A program made the position numbers and the translations under genes. This document shows positions 11,098 through 25,104 of a stretch of DNA of 64,000 nt, in pieces. Location: NCBI RefSeq assembly GCF_006345805.1, contig NC_043001.1:97340001-97404000 (forward strand). Reading direction: 5' to 3'. This DNA comes from Octopus sinensis. Lineage: Eukaryota. Numbering within the stretch: position 1 is the first letter of the stretch; every line of letters starts with the position of its first letter. Below the pieces are notes generated by a model, which was not told the DNA's origin, searched no databases, and worked only from the letters and a program-made list of their open reading frames with translations.

Positions 11098-12918
11098 ATG
11101 AATAAATGACAAACAGTGCTACAGCTCCAAACAAAAAAGGGACTCATGAAAACCAAAGCCATCCCCATTAGAAGTGGAATATTCCAGGGAGACACGCTCT
11201 CTCCACTCCTTTTCAGCTTGGCACTGTCACCTCTATCTGATATGCTAAATAGAACTGGATGCGGATATAAATGTTACGGCAAAACTATCAGCCACCTTTT
11301 ATATATGGATGACCTAAAACTATACGCTGCAATTGACAAACAGCTGGAAACACTATTAAAGACAGTTCATGGATTTACCAAAGAAATAGATATGAATTTT
11401 GGATTAGAAAAATGCGCCAAAGTAACCCTGAAAAGAGGAAAACTAGTTAAGAGTAGCAACATCACACTAGATAAAAACCAATGAAATAAAAGAACTAGAC
11501 CAAAGCCAAACTTACAAATACTTAGGAATCCATGAAGTAGATAAGACACAACACACACAAACGAAAGAGAAAATTAAAAAAAGAATACTATAGACGAGTT
11601 AGATCAATACTAAACACAGAGCTCAATGCTAAAAACAAGATAATAGGTATTAACACTTTAGCTGTCCCAGTTATAAGTTACAGCTACAATATCCTTAACT
11701 GGACACTAAATGAACTGACCAAAATAGATAAGAAAACAAGAAAAATAATGACAGGATCTAGGATGCATCACCCAAAATCTGACATAGAAAGAATATATAT
11801 ACAACGTATAGAAGGTGATAGAGGCCTTATACAGCTGGAAAACTACTATAAAATAACCACCATAGGACTGCAAATATATCTACTTCAGAAGGAAGGAAAA
11901 CTGATACAAATAGCGGCGAAACACGAGCAAAACAGAAAACTGTTCTCAGTATTTAAGGAAGCTGACAAATACAAACAAGAAATCATACCACCTAATAAAT
12001 ATGAAGAAGAAGAAGAAGAAGAAGAAGAATGGAACAGGAACGAAACATGATAAAACGATGGTAAGAAAAGCCCCTTCATGGTAAATACTGGACTAAACTA
12101 AACGCAAAAGAAATTAGACAAAGAAAAACAACCCAGCAATGGTTGAGAAGCTCAGACTCAAAGCAGAGACAGAGGGATTTTTAATTGCAGCACAAGACCA
12201 AAGCCTCCCCACCAGAAATTACCAAAAACATGTAATGAAAAGAAATATAACAAGTAACTGCAGAATATGTGGAGATGTACAAGAAACAATAAATCATATT
12301 ATCTCTGGCTGCCCAGTCCTGGCTAAGAAGGAATATATTCACAGACATGACAGAGTTGGAACCTACATACACTGGAAGCTATGCCAACATTATGTAATAA
12401 CCACAGAAAAAAGATGGTATAGACACACATCAGAAAAGGTCACAGAAAACGAGAAAGCAGCCATACTCTGGGATATGACGATACACACTGACAGAGGAAT
12501 TAAGGCTAACAGACCAGATATAGTTGTCAGAGATCATGAAGAAAAAATGCTTTCTAATTGATGTATCAATACCGGCAGATGACAATGTGTCTCTAAGAAA
12601 TGGAGAAACTCTCAAAATACAAAGAACTGGAAATAGAGGTAACGAGAATGTGGAATCTAAAAACAGAAACAATTCCTATCATAGTAGGTGCATTGGGCAT
12701 GATAAAAAAATATTCAGATAAATACATTACAAAAACACCAGGACTTACAAACACATATAACATACAGAAAATTGCACTACTAGGCACTGCACACATCCTA
12801 CGCAGAACACTTTCCATACAATAACCATCAGAGCATCACAACAAATCACAGCACATACCTAAGGCACACAAAGCTGCGCTCGGTAGTGAAGTGAAAGCAC
12901 GCTATAAAAATAAAACTA

Positions 12919-12921
<3 letters not shown>
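11098..12921 (+). mobile_element. R4/Dong copy 3 (different subfamily, 5'-truncated, frameshifted)
   Basis: GIFQGDTLSP, HLLYMDDLKLY, FGLEKCA, CRICGDVQETINHIISGC, ANRPDIVVRD...FLIDVSIP, GTAHILRRTLS*. Followed by (TAA)n. Confidence 0.92.
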
Positions 12922-12949
<28 letters not shown>

Positions 12950-12950
12950 G

Positions 12951-12997
<47 letters not shown>

Positions 12998-13022
12998 TAA
13001 TAATAATAATAATAATAATAAA

Positions 13023-13264
13023 TGCCCTGATACATATTTGCTTGTCAGTTGTTTGACCTTAACCAGTTGACCATGTCCCTTAGTGACTGACGATATGTGC
13101 ATCTCTGATCACGAGCAGAAGTAGTGGGGGAGCATCATAGCCATGTGTTGAGAGTGATTGTTTGGGGTTTGAATAATTTACTTATGGAAACATGGATGTT
13201 TTGTTCAACATCCTTAAACAACCCTTATTCAGGGACCTTTTGGCCCCACCAGCAAGGTCATGTA
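13023..13264. repeat. Unclassified non-coding insertion directly after a TAA tract (probable interspersed repeat)
   Basis: Distinct non-microsatellite block starting at the end of the TAA tract. Only one copy is in this window, so its repeat status is inferred. Confidence 0.4.
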
Positions 13265-13347
13265 CTGGTATTGCAGCATCTATTATCTTTACTTCGTTTT
13301 CATTTTATGGATGAATACGATATCTGGTTGTCTCGCCACTATGACCT
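13265..13347 (-). pseudogene. Micro-fragment of an RLE domain (R4/Dong-like)
   Basis: Minus-strand translation VIVARQPDIVFIHK / VKIIDAAIP, next to degenerate TAA repeats. Confidence 0.55.
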
Positions 13348-13375
13348 ATTATTATTATCATTGTTATTATTATTC

Positions 13376-13846
13376 TCATTGCCTTTGCAGCGCTGGTGAT
13401 GTACTACAATGTCAGCTGTTCAGTGCCAGTGAACTAAGTTAACACCTCTTACTTTTCGAGCATCTTCCGGTGTATTCGAGCGGTTCCAAGCATTGTTATT
13501 TTCTGCATATGGTCCACTCTTATTGCGGCCCCTATTTGTTTCACGTACTTCTCGAGATTTTTGCTCACTGTTCCCAGAGCTTCGACAATTATTGTTGCTA
13601 CTTCTAACTTTTTCATGGACCATAACTGCTTATCATCCCAAGCTAATCTGTCATATCTCTCAACTTTTCTTTCTTCCTTATCACATACCTTGTTGTCAGT
13701 TCGGCATGCTATATCTATGATCCAACATAGTTTTGTTTTCTTTCTCGATTAAGACTATGCCTGGCTTCCTATTCTCTATCTCATGGTCGCACTGAATGAG
13801 AAAATCCCATAGGATCTTTACATTTCTATTTTCGACGATGCCCTCG
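13376..13846 (-). mobile_element. R4/Dong copy 4 (older; RLE domain plus 3' UTR)
   Basis: EGIVENRNVKILWDFLIQCDHEIENRKPGIVLIEK...IIDIAC...LWSMKKLEVATIIVEALGTVSK...LGTARIHRKMLEK*. The 3' end abuts degenerate (TAA)n. Confidence 0.85.
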
Positions 13847-14039
13847 CGTTTGTAGTTGTACCAATTCAACCGTCTTTAAGTTCCGATCTCAAATCCCGCT
13901 GAGGTTGACTTTGACTGTCATTCATTTTTTATTTCGAAAAAATGACTTGCCGTTAAGAAATACGTTACATACAATCAACTCGCCAGTCGCCCATAAATTC
14001 CAGGCCTCCTATGTATAGGAGAAAGGATAATTATTTGTA

Positions 14040-14640
14040 GTATCATTTATCTGTTATATAAATTCCGTTCTGTCTGTCTGTGTGTGTGTGTGTGTCTTCT
14101 AGGATCTTGGGCATCCTCCATCCGATTGCGCTCAAATTTGATATGTAGATACCGACGGTATCAGGACGTGTATAAGTCTTTACATATTATAAAAAATCGA
14201 TTCCATGTGAGAATGCGATCGATAAAGACGTTTTTGGAGTGCTTTCTTCCATCAACCTGTACATAACTGCACCTTCCATTTTTTGTTGTTTTTGTACTGT
14301 TTAAAGGCACGTTTCTTTCCTTGCAAAGCTTAATGTTTAAACCATGTTTTTGTTCTCCTAGTCAACAGCCTTATCATTACTGGTTCTTTAAACTCTTCGC
14401 TTGCGTTTTGTGTGAATATAATCGTTTTTCTTTGGAATAGAAAAAAGTCTATGTTTATTTCTTCTTTTGGTGGTCTGAAATTTAGGTTAAATTTGTGTTT
14501 CTCAAAGGGGAGGCCTATAGGACGGTCGGACAACTTGTTTTGAGAAAATTTGGTTTAAATATTTGACAACTCAGCACCGTCCATTAGACCGGGGGCGTTT
14601 TTGAAAAATCTCAGTGACGCCTCTATATTGCCATGAGAGT
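14040..14640 (-). mobile_element. Possible non-autonomous Helitron/Helentron-like remnant
   Basis: The minus strand ends in ...aaatttgagcgcaatcggatg...(CA)n(GACA)n...atttatataa, resembling DINE/Lep1-type ends. Pattern recognition only. Confidence 0.3.
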
Positions 14641-15053
14641 TAATCTTAAAATTATGAAGGGAACAGTATCTTTCTCATATTTTCTGACTCCTACCGTATG
14701 TACATTATAAAGAGCAAAACGTAAAATACTTGTAGGTAAGAAAATACGTAATATAATTAGAAACAATGCAAATTAGGTTTGTATAAAATGAAAGTGAAGC
14801 CTACTTATATGAACAGGCAAAACTGATATTATTCCTAGGGAATAAATCTATTTTGGAGGGATATTTGAAATGCTAATGCCAAAGAAGTTGTTACTTTTGA
14901 TCTGTTAGATATTTTTGTTTACAATGAATATAGAGACTGCTATTAAAACAGTAGCAAAATAGAGTCAATATATTATATGATAAAAACGCAGAATATGTTT
15001 CAATTTTTGGAACAATTAGTTTAAATATATAATACTTTATATGTATATATATG

Positions 15054-15096
<43 letters not shown>

Positions 15097-15103
15097 ATAT
15101 ATA

Positions 15104-15134
<31 letters not shown>

Positions 15135-15145
<11 letters not shown>

Positions 15146-15560
15146 TTAGAGACAAAACCACTATTTTGCAAATCAAACAAGGAAAGACTTAATCAATACA
15201 TAAAAAATTTTAATATAAAGTAAATAAATCGCCACTACAATTGTTTTCTGTCTTCAAATGACATTCATCAGGTGGATTTCATATCTTCCATTCAATTTTA
15301 AAGTTATGAAGACTTCATAACTTTAAAATTGAATAGAAGATATGAAATCCACCTGATGAATGTCATTTGAAGGCAGGAAACAATTGTAGTGGCGATTTAT
15401 TTACTTTATATAAAATTTTTTACGTATTGATTAAGTCTTTCCTTGTTTGATTTGCAAAATAGTGGTTTTGTCTCTAATTAATATTATATAATATTTTACT
15501 ATAAAATTGGATTCAATCCTAAATCTGATTTTTCCCTGTAAATTTGGATTTATTCCCTAA

Positions 15561-15565
<5 letters not shown>
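15135..15565 (+). mobile_element. Fold-back mini element, family 2 (about 176-bp arms, 1-nt centre at 15312, about 75-bp 3' extension)
   Basis: Near-perfect palindrome between (TA)n tracts, with an HHR motif in each arm. Confidence 0.85.
15349..15392 (+). ncRNA. Minimal type I hammerhead ribozyme motif
   Basis: CCAC-CTGATGA-ATGTC(atttgaa)GGCAG-GAAAC-AATT-GTA-GTGG: intact core, palindromic loop III and GUA cleavage triplet. Positions 10.1-11.1 are an A.G mismatch. Confidence 0.75.
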
Positions 15566-15602
<37 letters not shown>

Positions 15603-16039
15603 ATATATAGTTTAAAAAATAAATTACCAGCCACTCAAGACAATAACAATAATCGTTTAAGGCAAATTCTAGAGTGGGGTCTACTATACTGTCCAGTTAA
15701 TTATCCTAACATTATTCTTCCATGATGTGCTCAACCTTGACCTCACATCCCTCTAAACCATTGTTGGTACATGCAAACGCACACGTATTTCGTGCCGAGG
15801 AATACACTATAATTTTAGTCTCTGAGGCTCGTGACATTAATTATAATATATTTGGTAATAATTTTGGATAATAGCTGTGGTCTAGCCCTGTATTTCTTCT
15901 CACTTTCCCGTTACAAATGAAAAAAAACACAACAACAAAACGACAACTTATTTGCAGGCTTTATTCTTGCTGTAATACTTTGACGGATTATTTTGTAGTA
16001 GCATCATGGAATGACAGATCAAAATTATCATTCTAAACT

Positions 16040-16870
16040 CTGTTCAGTCTAAAGTTCTTGATTGCATTGTGAATAGAACCAAAGTAGAGTGATTCATCTT
16101 CGTTGGTAGGCGTCCACTCTTTTAGATGTAGATTGTGGCTATTTCATGCTTTAATACCTCTGCTGTTATTTTATCTGCTCCAGTTGCTTTTCCACAGGTC
16201 ATTTACTTTATTGCTTTTTCTCTTTCTTCCTTTCAGATAATCGATCCATTAGCATTCTAGAAACTTAGCACAGGTGTTGATTTTTTTGTCATCATCGCTC
16301 AATTTTTTTTACGTTCTCTACCCGTCTAGATGTTATCTTTTCATGATCTCATGATCAAACAGAAGGCTCCCATATTTTGTCCCTAATGTTACTGCTTCTC
16401 TTCCTCATTTCTTGTTTCTGATCTCATTTATTTTATCATAAATGACTGTGGATTTTTGATGTTTATTAAGTTTTTCAACATTGATCTTCAAACTATTTGC
16501 ATTTTTCTTTTCCGCATTCAGTATAGATGCCATTATTCCAGGTCATTTTATCTATCTTGATCTTTACTCAGGTAATTCGCATTTTATACCCTCTTTGCTA
16601 AAAATTCAGCCGTCATCCATTATGCTAGTTTTCTGTTTCTCACTCCAAATGTGTTTCCTTAGCTATGTTTGCATATACATTTTAATTATTCTCTTTTCTC
16701 TCTCTGCTTCATCTACTATTTATATAGTACACTCTATTTCTGCTGCATTGTTTAAGCAATCATATTTATTTAGCGTTTTCCATTGCATTTCTCTATGTAA
16801 TCTAAGTGTTTCCCAATTTCTTGTTTAAATATTCCTGTTTAGCCATTACAGCATTTCCCACAATACGTTT
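16040..16870 (-). mobile_element. Highly degraded RTE-type LINE remnant
   Basis: Minus-strand fragments NVEKLNKHQKSTVIYDKINEIRN, KAIK*MTCGKATGADKITAEVLK and SGRLPTKMNHST resemble the RTE linker and RT domain 0/1. Confidence 0.55.
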
Positions 16871-17859
16871 TCAATTCTGATCTAATTATCGCAGAAAGAG
16901 GCTCCGAACAAATATCAATCTGCCGCAGGGAAATTTACAATTTTCAGGTATTTGATAATCGCTTTCTTCTTCAGTATTTAATATATACTAGTAGTACATG
17001 TGTCAATTCCACAGAATGGAAAAAAATAAGAGGACATATCGAAGAGAGAAAGAATGATTTGCATCTTTAAAGCTTTCATAGTTTAGCTTTCTTTAATTAT
17101 TCATGACGTTCATCTCCATTCATTTCCTCACATCTCCGTCGGTATTGCCTTGTTCCTATTTTTATTATATCTTCTCGCTGTTCCTCTCTGATCTGTGCTC
17201 TATATTTGCGCATCCTTTCTTGGGTAACTTGTAACCATGTGTCTTGTGAATCCAGAGTTTAGGCTAAATTAACTATAAGCAAATATCAATTTCTGAAGCG
17301 AGCGGACAATAACTAATTGCATTTATGTGTATGCGATGGTCGCTATAAAAAAAAACTTAAATTAGTTCAATAAAAGAAAAAACTTTTCAATATCAACATA
17401 TCGCCACCGCTAACTTATATCACGATTACGCATAGAAAAGAAATGTTTCTTAAAAGTCCTGTGAATAACTCTATCATCTGATATGCACAATTATTTCGGG
17501 AGGTTCTGAGACATTTGGTGTTGCTTGGCAACGTCAACCGCCTTAGATTCTGTAGGCATCCAAAGCAAACACATCAAGGGGCACAGGGGCGTCTATGCGG
17601 GATAATGTGTAGTCCTTTCAATTACTAGTGAAATTTACAATCACATCGTTGACAATGGCAGAAAGAAAACCGTTGTATTTTGCCAAATAAACAATAAACA
17701 TTCTGTGAATTGAAATAAAAATAATACACTAATAATTTTGTAGCACCAGATATTTGTCCGCATATATAAAGATGTATAATGACAACATGTGCATATATAT
17801 ATATATTATATATATATATATATTTATGTATGTATATATATTTATTTATTTATTTATGT

Positions 17860-17901
<42 letters not shown>

Positions 17902-17919
17902 TTATTTATTTATTTATGT

Positions 17920-17972
<53 letters not shown>

Positions 17973-17999
17973 TATTAGAGACACACACACAGATACATG

Positions 18000-18052
<53 letters not shown>

Positions 18053-18268
18053 TATATAATATATATACATGGGCACAAACACAGACTCATACAAATGAAA
18101 AATTCAGTAAATGCAGCCGGGAGTCATGCATTTTTTATTTATGGTTTCTATTTTCATTTGGAAACACTTGAGACTCAATATATGTTTATTAAACATTTAC
18201 TATATGATTTCCTTGTGGATTATCTATTCATAAACTTATCATGATGATGCTTTCCATATATCTACGAG

Positions 18269-18319
<51 letters not shown>

Positions 18320-18685
18320 CATACATGTATCTGTGTGTGTGGATGCGTACGGCTGAGCACGCGCGTGTGTGTGTACATATATATATATATATATATGTAT
18401 ATTATATTGCACATATATTATACACGAAGTAATGTATGCTTGATCAATGGAAGGAAATAGAAACAACATAAATACTGTAATATAATAATACACAACAATA
18501 AGAATATTACAAACATAATCAATATGGACACTTATAATTCACATACATGACCACACACACACACATATACACATACACAGAAAGAGATTTACACACACAC
18601 ATGCACACACACAGACATATGCACACACATGTTTATGTGTAAATGTATGACTATGAGATTTCGTCTGTATATAGACATTTAGGGA

Positions 18686-18758
<73 letters not shown>

Positions 18759-18759
18759 G

Positions 18760-18790
<31 letters not shown>

Positions 18791-18831
18791 ATATATATAC
18801 GCACACATCCATAATCATATATAATATGCGT

Positions 18832-18865
<34 letters not shown>

Positions 18866-19672
18866 GCATACATGCATACATAGATATGGATATATTCATA
18901 TGTATGTATGTATATATATATATATATGTAATTATGTATATTATATATATATAAGATAATTGTATTACGTGAGTGAAAGTCACTTTATGACAAGGGACGT
19001 GTATGTAAAGTAAATTTATTCTCTCCATCTTTTATTTTGATTCTCATGGTTCATTGGTGCTTAGTAAAAACACGGTTTCCGTTACAAAGGAAATGTTCAT
19101 ATTAAGGCGTTTGACGGGCAGACAGTATTTATTACAGCTATATCCGAATGATGAATATGGACTTGTCATTGACACCCGAACTAATGACAATGTATGTGTG
19201 GGTAACACACTGAAAATGTAATTATAAATACATTAACATAGCAACAACGTTAGCTATGGTATAACTTAGTATCTAGTTTTATATTTCTATTAGCCATCAT
19301 CAATATAATAATTGTTGACATGTTTCCTTCCGTTATTATGCATCACATACGATTGTGTATATAGAGAGACAGATAGTTAGATAGATAGACAGGTAGACGG
19401 ATAGATAGATAGAATGATACAGAATGGTTGAAAGTTACAGATAATGAGATAGATAAATACATTCATACACATACACGCATGCACAATCAGACTCGCACGG
19501 TCTCATATCAACACACACCTGCCCCCCCACACACACTCAGACTCATACAAATATGTCCGCTCGTCTATTGTCGTTATCTCTTTCTCTCTATATATATGTA
19601 TATATATATATATAGATCTATCTATCTGCTTATCCCTCTACCTATCTATATTTATGTGTATGTGTGTGTCTA

Positions 19673-19747
<75 letters not shown>

Positions 19748-21312
19748 GCATATACATACATATATTTATATGTTGATGCATACATCAGTACATATATATA
19801 TATACACACTAGCGGGGAATCTTGGATACACAAACTAATGTGTGTATAATTAGTCATCTGTGTGCGTCTGGTTGCCGATCTAGCTATCGTCGAATAAAAT
19901 CTTACTCCGATAAATGAAATTATTGCTGACAGAAAATTACTTTCATCTGTCATCATCTTTAAAGATAAGGTTGACAGATACTTTGAGGGATATATCACCA
20001 TTTCACATCTGAATTTATTTATTTGGGAAATCATTAGAATGTCATCGTTCTGAAATTGATATCAAGTGCGTTTACAAAGAGCGAATGAACACATTTAATT
20101 ACGCTTTCCTATACACCTCTGGGAGGCGAAATGCTAAATGTGTTAATTCTCAGACGTACTACTTAATGTTACAATTCCAAAACTAATCACTGCGATTTCA
20201 AATCTCACAAATGTGAAATTTATTTTCATTATTTGAAGATAATAAAAAGAATAAGCTATATATCCGATATTTCAGTAGGGTAGAAATCGCATGCGATAGT
20301 TACGTAGCGTGTGCATTCCTGTATAATTTCTTCCTGCTCTTTGCATCTCATTTTTGAATCCTGTCTACAAATATAAATTCCCACTGATTGCTATGATAAT
20401 TCTTCTCTGCCTATAATAAAGAGACTGAAAACAGACCATTGCAGCCTACGGCATATGAAGCTTATCCTATTGAGACAACCATTCTGTAGTCTCAAGAAAT
20501 GTATGACATGTGCACAGATGCATTGCAAACAAAGCACTGTGGTCACATCACTTTGTCGACATTGATAGATGAAGCATTGTTATGTTTTACAGGAATGAAT
20601 TTCATTTATGTATGCTAAAACGAAATACAAATTCCTACTCTTTCGTTATTTGTACCATTTTTCCATTGTTTCACAAATATTGATAACTGGTGTTTGTCAA
20701 TAATCTACAAACGCAATTATTTCAAAGTAATTAGGTTTAGTGCGGCTGCACCAATATTATAAACCAACATCGAAATTTTCTTAACAGCACCATCGAACAA
20801 TATATTACAAAATTATCGAAGCGCATTAAATATTATTTCCTAAATCAAATAAGTATATGTATATTGAGGTGAGAAATATAGTTTACATATTCCGGTAGGA
20901 CATCTTATAAATATGAATGTGAAATAAAAAAAATAAAACCTAAGGCTGCTTCGATTCGCACCATGCCTCTATCGATTTAATATTGACCTCTATTAGGAGA
21001 GAACACCTGCCATAGCTTATTCTAGAATTTCTGCTGTTTTAAATGCACTGATTTGTCTCGAGAGAATAATTTGTCTGTCATTTTGTGTTAACGAGCTAGT
21101 CTTGGCTAATATTATACAACGAAGTGAGATGCACTTTAAGTTCGATGCTTACAGAGGAAAGGTGACATAGCTTGAAAAGTAAATATGGTCACGTTGTTGA
21201 GGAGTTGGCATCTGAACTATGGCTCTCAACTTCAATACTACTGCAGGGCACATCGGGGGTGTTGGTAGGAGGAATACTAATTAGTAAGGCAATTCCATTC
21301 GTTTATACATAC

Positions 21313-21351
<39 letters not shown>

Positions 21352-21358
<7 letters not shown>

Positions 21359-21455
21359 TATATTCTAAACAAAACTGTCCGACGAACGGAACGTTAAACT
21401 CTGAGTAACAGTTTTAGATATTTCTTCTGCTGCTTTTCAATAAAGTATATATTTA

Positions 21456-21520
<65 letters not shown>

Positions 21521-21700
21521 TCATAAATATATACTTTATTGAAAAGCAGCAGAAATATCATAAAAACTGTTACCTAGAGTTTCACGTTCCCGTTCGTCGG
21601 GCAGTTTTGTTTAGAATATAAAGAAAACTTTCCGACGAATGGGATCGTGAAACTCTGAGTAACCGTTTTTACATCTAGTATTCGAGTACTTCTTTTTCCA
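21352..21700. mobile_element. Cluster of family 3 HHR-bearing mini elements (three ribozyme-like copies) around a (TA)n tract
   Basis: Arms 21352-21455 and 21520-21622 are inverted around (TA)n. HHR-like copies at 21371-21415(+), 21563-21608(-) and 21624-21669(+). Confidence 0.75.
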
Positions 21701-21727
21701 CCTTCTTTCGCATTTATGTCCTTACTC

Positions 21728-21807
<80 letters not shown>

Positions 21808-21811
21808 GACG

Positions 21812-21930
21812 TTTATAGAAAAACAAAAGACGAAGACAGGTGTATGGAGGTGTGTAATAGTTTGACGCTCGAGATAAATGAGAAAATCTTTTACGTTTCG
21901 ATCATACGCTCTTCAACAGGAAGGAATAAG
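21812..21930. repeat. Interspersed repeat (aaaacaaaagacgaagacaggtg family), also at about 53572-53650 and 60018-60190
   Basis: Three homologous copies in the window, each next to TA or GA tracts. Possibly a PLE terminal segment. Confidence 0.7.
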
Positions 21931-22036
21931 AGAAAATAAACAGAGAGAAAAAGAGAGGGACAGGGAGAGAGACTAGTAGATTTCAGTAATTGAGTTTGTG
22001 TGTAGTGTGTGTATGTCTGTGTGTGTGTGTGTGTGT

Positions 22037-22089
<53 letters not shown>

Positions 22090-22993
22090 GTGTGAAATTT
22101 TACGCTGTTTACACCAGGCCTTTGAGATAGGAGATTTGAGTATATACTGAAGATGATACGTCTTTTATAGAGAGCTAATTCGAAGAAGTTGCTTCACTAG
22201 AAAATAAGAGAAATGGTCCGAACTTGAAACAGTATAAAAAGAAACACTAAAGCTTGTACACACAGGCATAACCCTTACAATACACCGAAATGCGAACACA
22301 TCCATTGGCACAAAGACAACTAATACTCAGAGATCACGGGTTACATATACCATCAATAACGACCCAGCTTCCAAATAGTACAAATACAAAGACAAAACAA
22401 AAGCTATTATGCACGTAATATGAACATCCACAAGCACAACGAAGCTATCACACAAACAATATATCAAACATCAATATGAACCTGGACATCAAATATAAAC
22501 ACACGCGCATGTTCATACGAAAACACAAACGTTATCTAAAAAACGAAAAAAAAAAAGAAATATTTATTCAAGCCAAAAGTAAATCTCATATGAGCTATAT
22601 CTACGCATACATACACCAAACACAAATAACATGATTTTTAGCAAAGCAAAAGCACTTTTACCCCCAAAGAATCTGTATGTTATATCTTGACATTTCACCT
22701 GATATAAATAGCAGCAAAATCGACTGCAGACGCCATGAAAATATATCAAAAAGTAAAGAACCACACTTTGATACACAATCGAGATGGGAAAAAAATGTTG
22801 TTGCAGCTGGAATCTCTTGATGGTGAGTGTGATCGACAAGGAGTCACCTGGGGTTCAACAGCTAAACAATTATCTACCCATATTAGTTTTAACAGATGAT
22901 AACCGTTTCAGTTTAGAAATACTCTTTTAATAATATCCGTTGTGACACCTAAAATAATTTTGAAAAACGTTTTTATTTAAAATGGTAACGCAT

Positions 22994-23049
<56 letters not shown>

Positions 23050-23199
23050 TTACATGATTGGTAATATTTGTACCTATTGCAAGGTCTTGTTTATTTGCGG
23101 ATTACAATAGAATTACAGATACAATTAAAGTTGTTAAAATCAGTAGATGTTCAATAGACAAAGAGTTTTGTTGTTGGTATTGCGTAACCACATGACAAC

Positions 23200-24650
23200 T
23201 CTGATCGAAGGACCTCGTAGTAAACACACTATCCGATGAACAAAGAGGTCCAGCCAACAGTGCTCTGTTCTAGCGTATACTTTGCCTGCTCTTATCGAGA
23301 ATCATACTGCATGCTCCAACAGCAATGCTTGTATGGCAGCCTGGATGTGATGTACACCTCCATTCTTCCTAGTTCTCTAAAATGTGTATGTGGCTCCTGA
23401 TTTGTCCATGTGTCACTATGTGTCTCACAGTTAACGCCTGGTGTTGGCAACAATAGCAGAAAGATAGGAAGCGATAGTAGCTCTTTCTTACACCCAGCAT
23501 TCGGCAGCTTAGCATGGTGTTTGAGGATAGTGAAGCTGCTGACGATGAACCTGTTTCTGTTGCTTACGTTAGTTTATAACTGTCGCCTTACGAGTTATGA
23601 TGGTTGCCCTATATGTCTATGTCAGGGCGATGGGAACGATGTTATCGGGCGATTTACATCGCTAAAAGTTTGGTTTCGTTATATTAAAGTACGCTTGTTA
23701 CCATGCGCCATGCCTGTGCAGCCTGTTGTTTTAATTAATTGCAGTTTGATATGGAGCAGAGATTGAATATACTTCATCACTGTTGCATTGTATTATTTTC
23801 TGAACTATTGATATTGCTTGTTTTGTTCTAAAACGATGGACTCGATTCCTCCTTGTATGTAGTTAATGACTCCTAGGAAATTCGTCAGTATGTGATTACT
23901 CCTGAGCGAGAACGAGAGCACCATAGGAGGTTTGCTTATGTCGCAGCCTGTATTTGATGTTCTCTGATGTTGATGATAAGAGGCGTAACAGGGATTTTTT
24001 TAGGCGTTGCATTATGTCTAATTACAGTTTCAAATGTATAGGGAATTTAAGGACGTGGGGGTAAACAGTTCTGTAACAAAATCTGTAAAATGAAGAGAAA
24101 TCGTAAGTGTGATGGCATTTGTATATGAACCTGTCTATATGCTTTGCGCTACAATAACTTCCTGTAGGAAATCTTTGAAAAGAGTGGGCTAAATGTCAGT
24201 TCTTTTGCTTTTCGGAAAAATGGCAAGTCATGAATGCGACCGTTTTCTATATCACACATGCTTGGTGGAGTAGTAAATAACTTGCATGTTAGATTTCTGG
24301 TTCTTAATATAGTTTTCTATACATTTCAAAACTATTTTTATGTGAGTAGATTTTGTAGGTATGTATTCGGAACGTGTATTGATGCAGATGGAGAATGACG
24401 TTTATTTCGGAATGATTTTTGTTGAACAAATCATGACTTCATGCTTTGGTTTTGGAATTTGTAGTGTTTGAATACATATCACGGTTTAGAGGTGGATGTC
24501 TACAGCAGATATATGTCGCTTAGCCTTTTAAGTATTGGAGTGTAACGGATCTGTTTGATTTTACGTCACATAGGATTTACTTGGCTCTATAACTGGTATA
24601 ATTTTATGCAAATTCCAGTGTCCTGCAATATCTTGTTGTTAGTACCTCTG
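23200..24650 (-). mobile_element. Possible heavily degraded LINE RT remnant (clade uncertain, L1/Tx1-like)
   Basis: Weak minus-strand echoes of RT motifs (KAY-DR; GC.IS..VL) across many stops. Confidence 0.25.
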
Positions 24651-24680
24651 CATATTGAAGAATTATTAATCTCGCTTGTA

Positions 24681-25104
24681 GGGCCCAGCGAGCTGGTAGA
24701 ATCGTTAGCACACCGGGCAAAATGCATAGCGCACTTCATCCGTCTTCACGTTCTCAGTTCAAATTCCGCCGAAGTCGACTTTGTTGTTCATCCTTTCAGG
24801 ATCGATAAATTAAATACTGGGGTCGATGTAATCGACTTAATCCCTTTGTCTGTCCTTGTTTGTCCCTTCTATTTTTAGCCCCTTCTGGGCAATAAAGAAA
24901 TAAGAATTGTTAGCACACCGGACGGAATACACAGCGAACTTCGTCCGTCTTCACGTTCTGAGTTCAAATTCCGCTGATGTCAACTTTGCTGTTCATCTGT
25001 TTGGGGTCGATAAAATAAATACCAGTTGAGAACTTGGGTCGATGTAATCGACTATACCCTTCCCCCAAATTTCAGGTCATGTGCCTATAGTAGAAAGGAT
25101 TATT
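24681..25104 (+). mobile_element. Dimeric family A SINE with an 18-bp target site duplication
   Basis: Two monomers in tandem. Flanks are attattaatcTcgcttgt (24662-24679) and attattaatcCcgcttgt (25099-25116). Confidence 0.85.
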
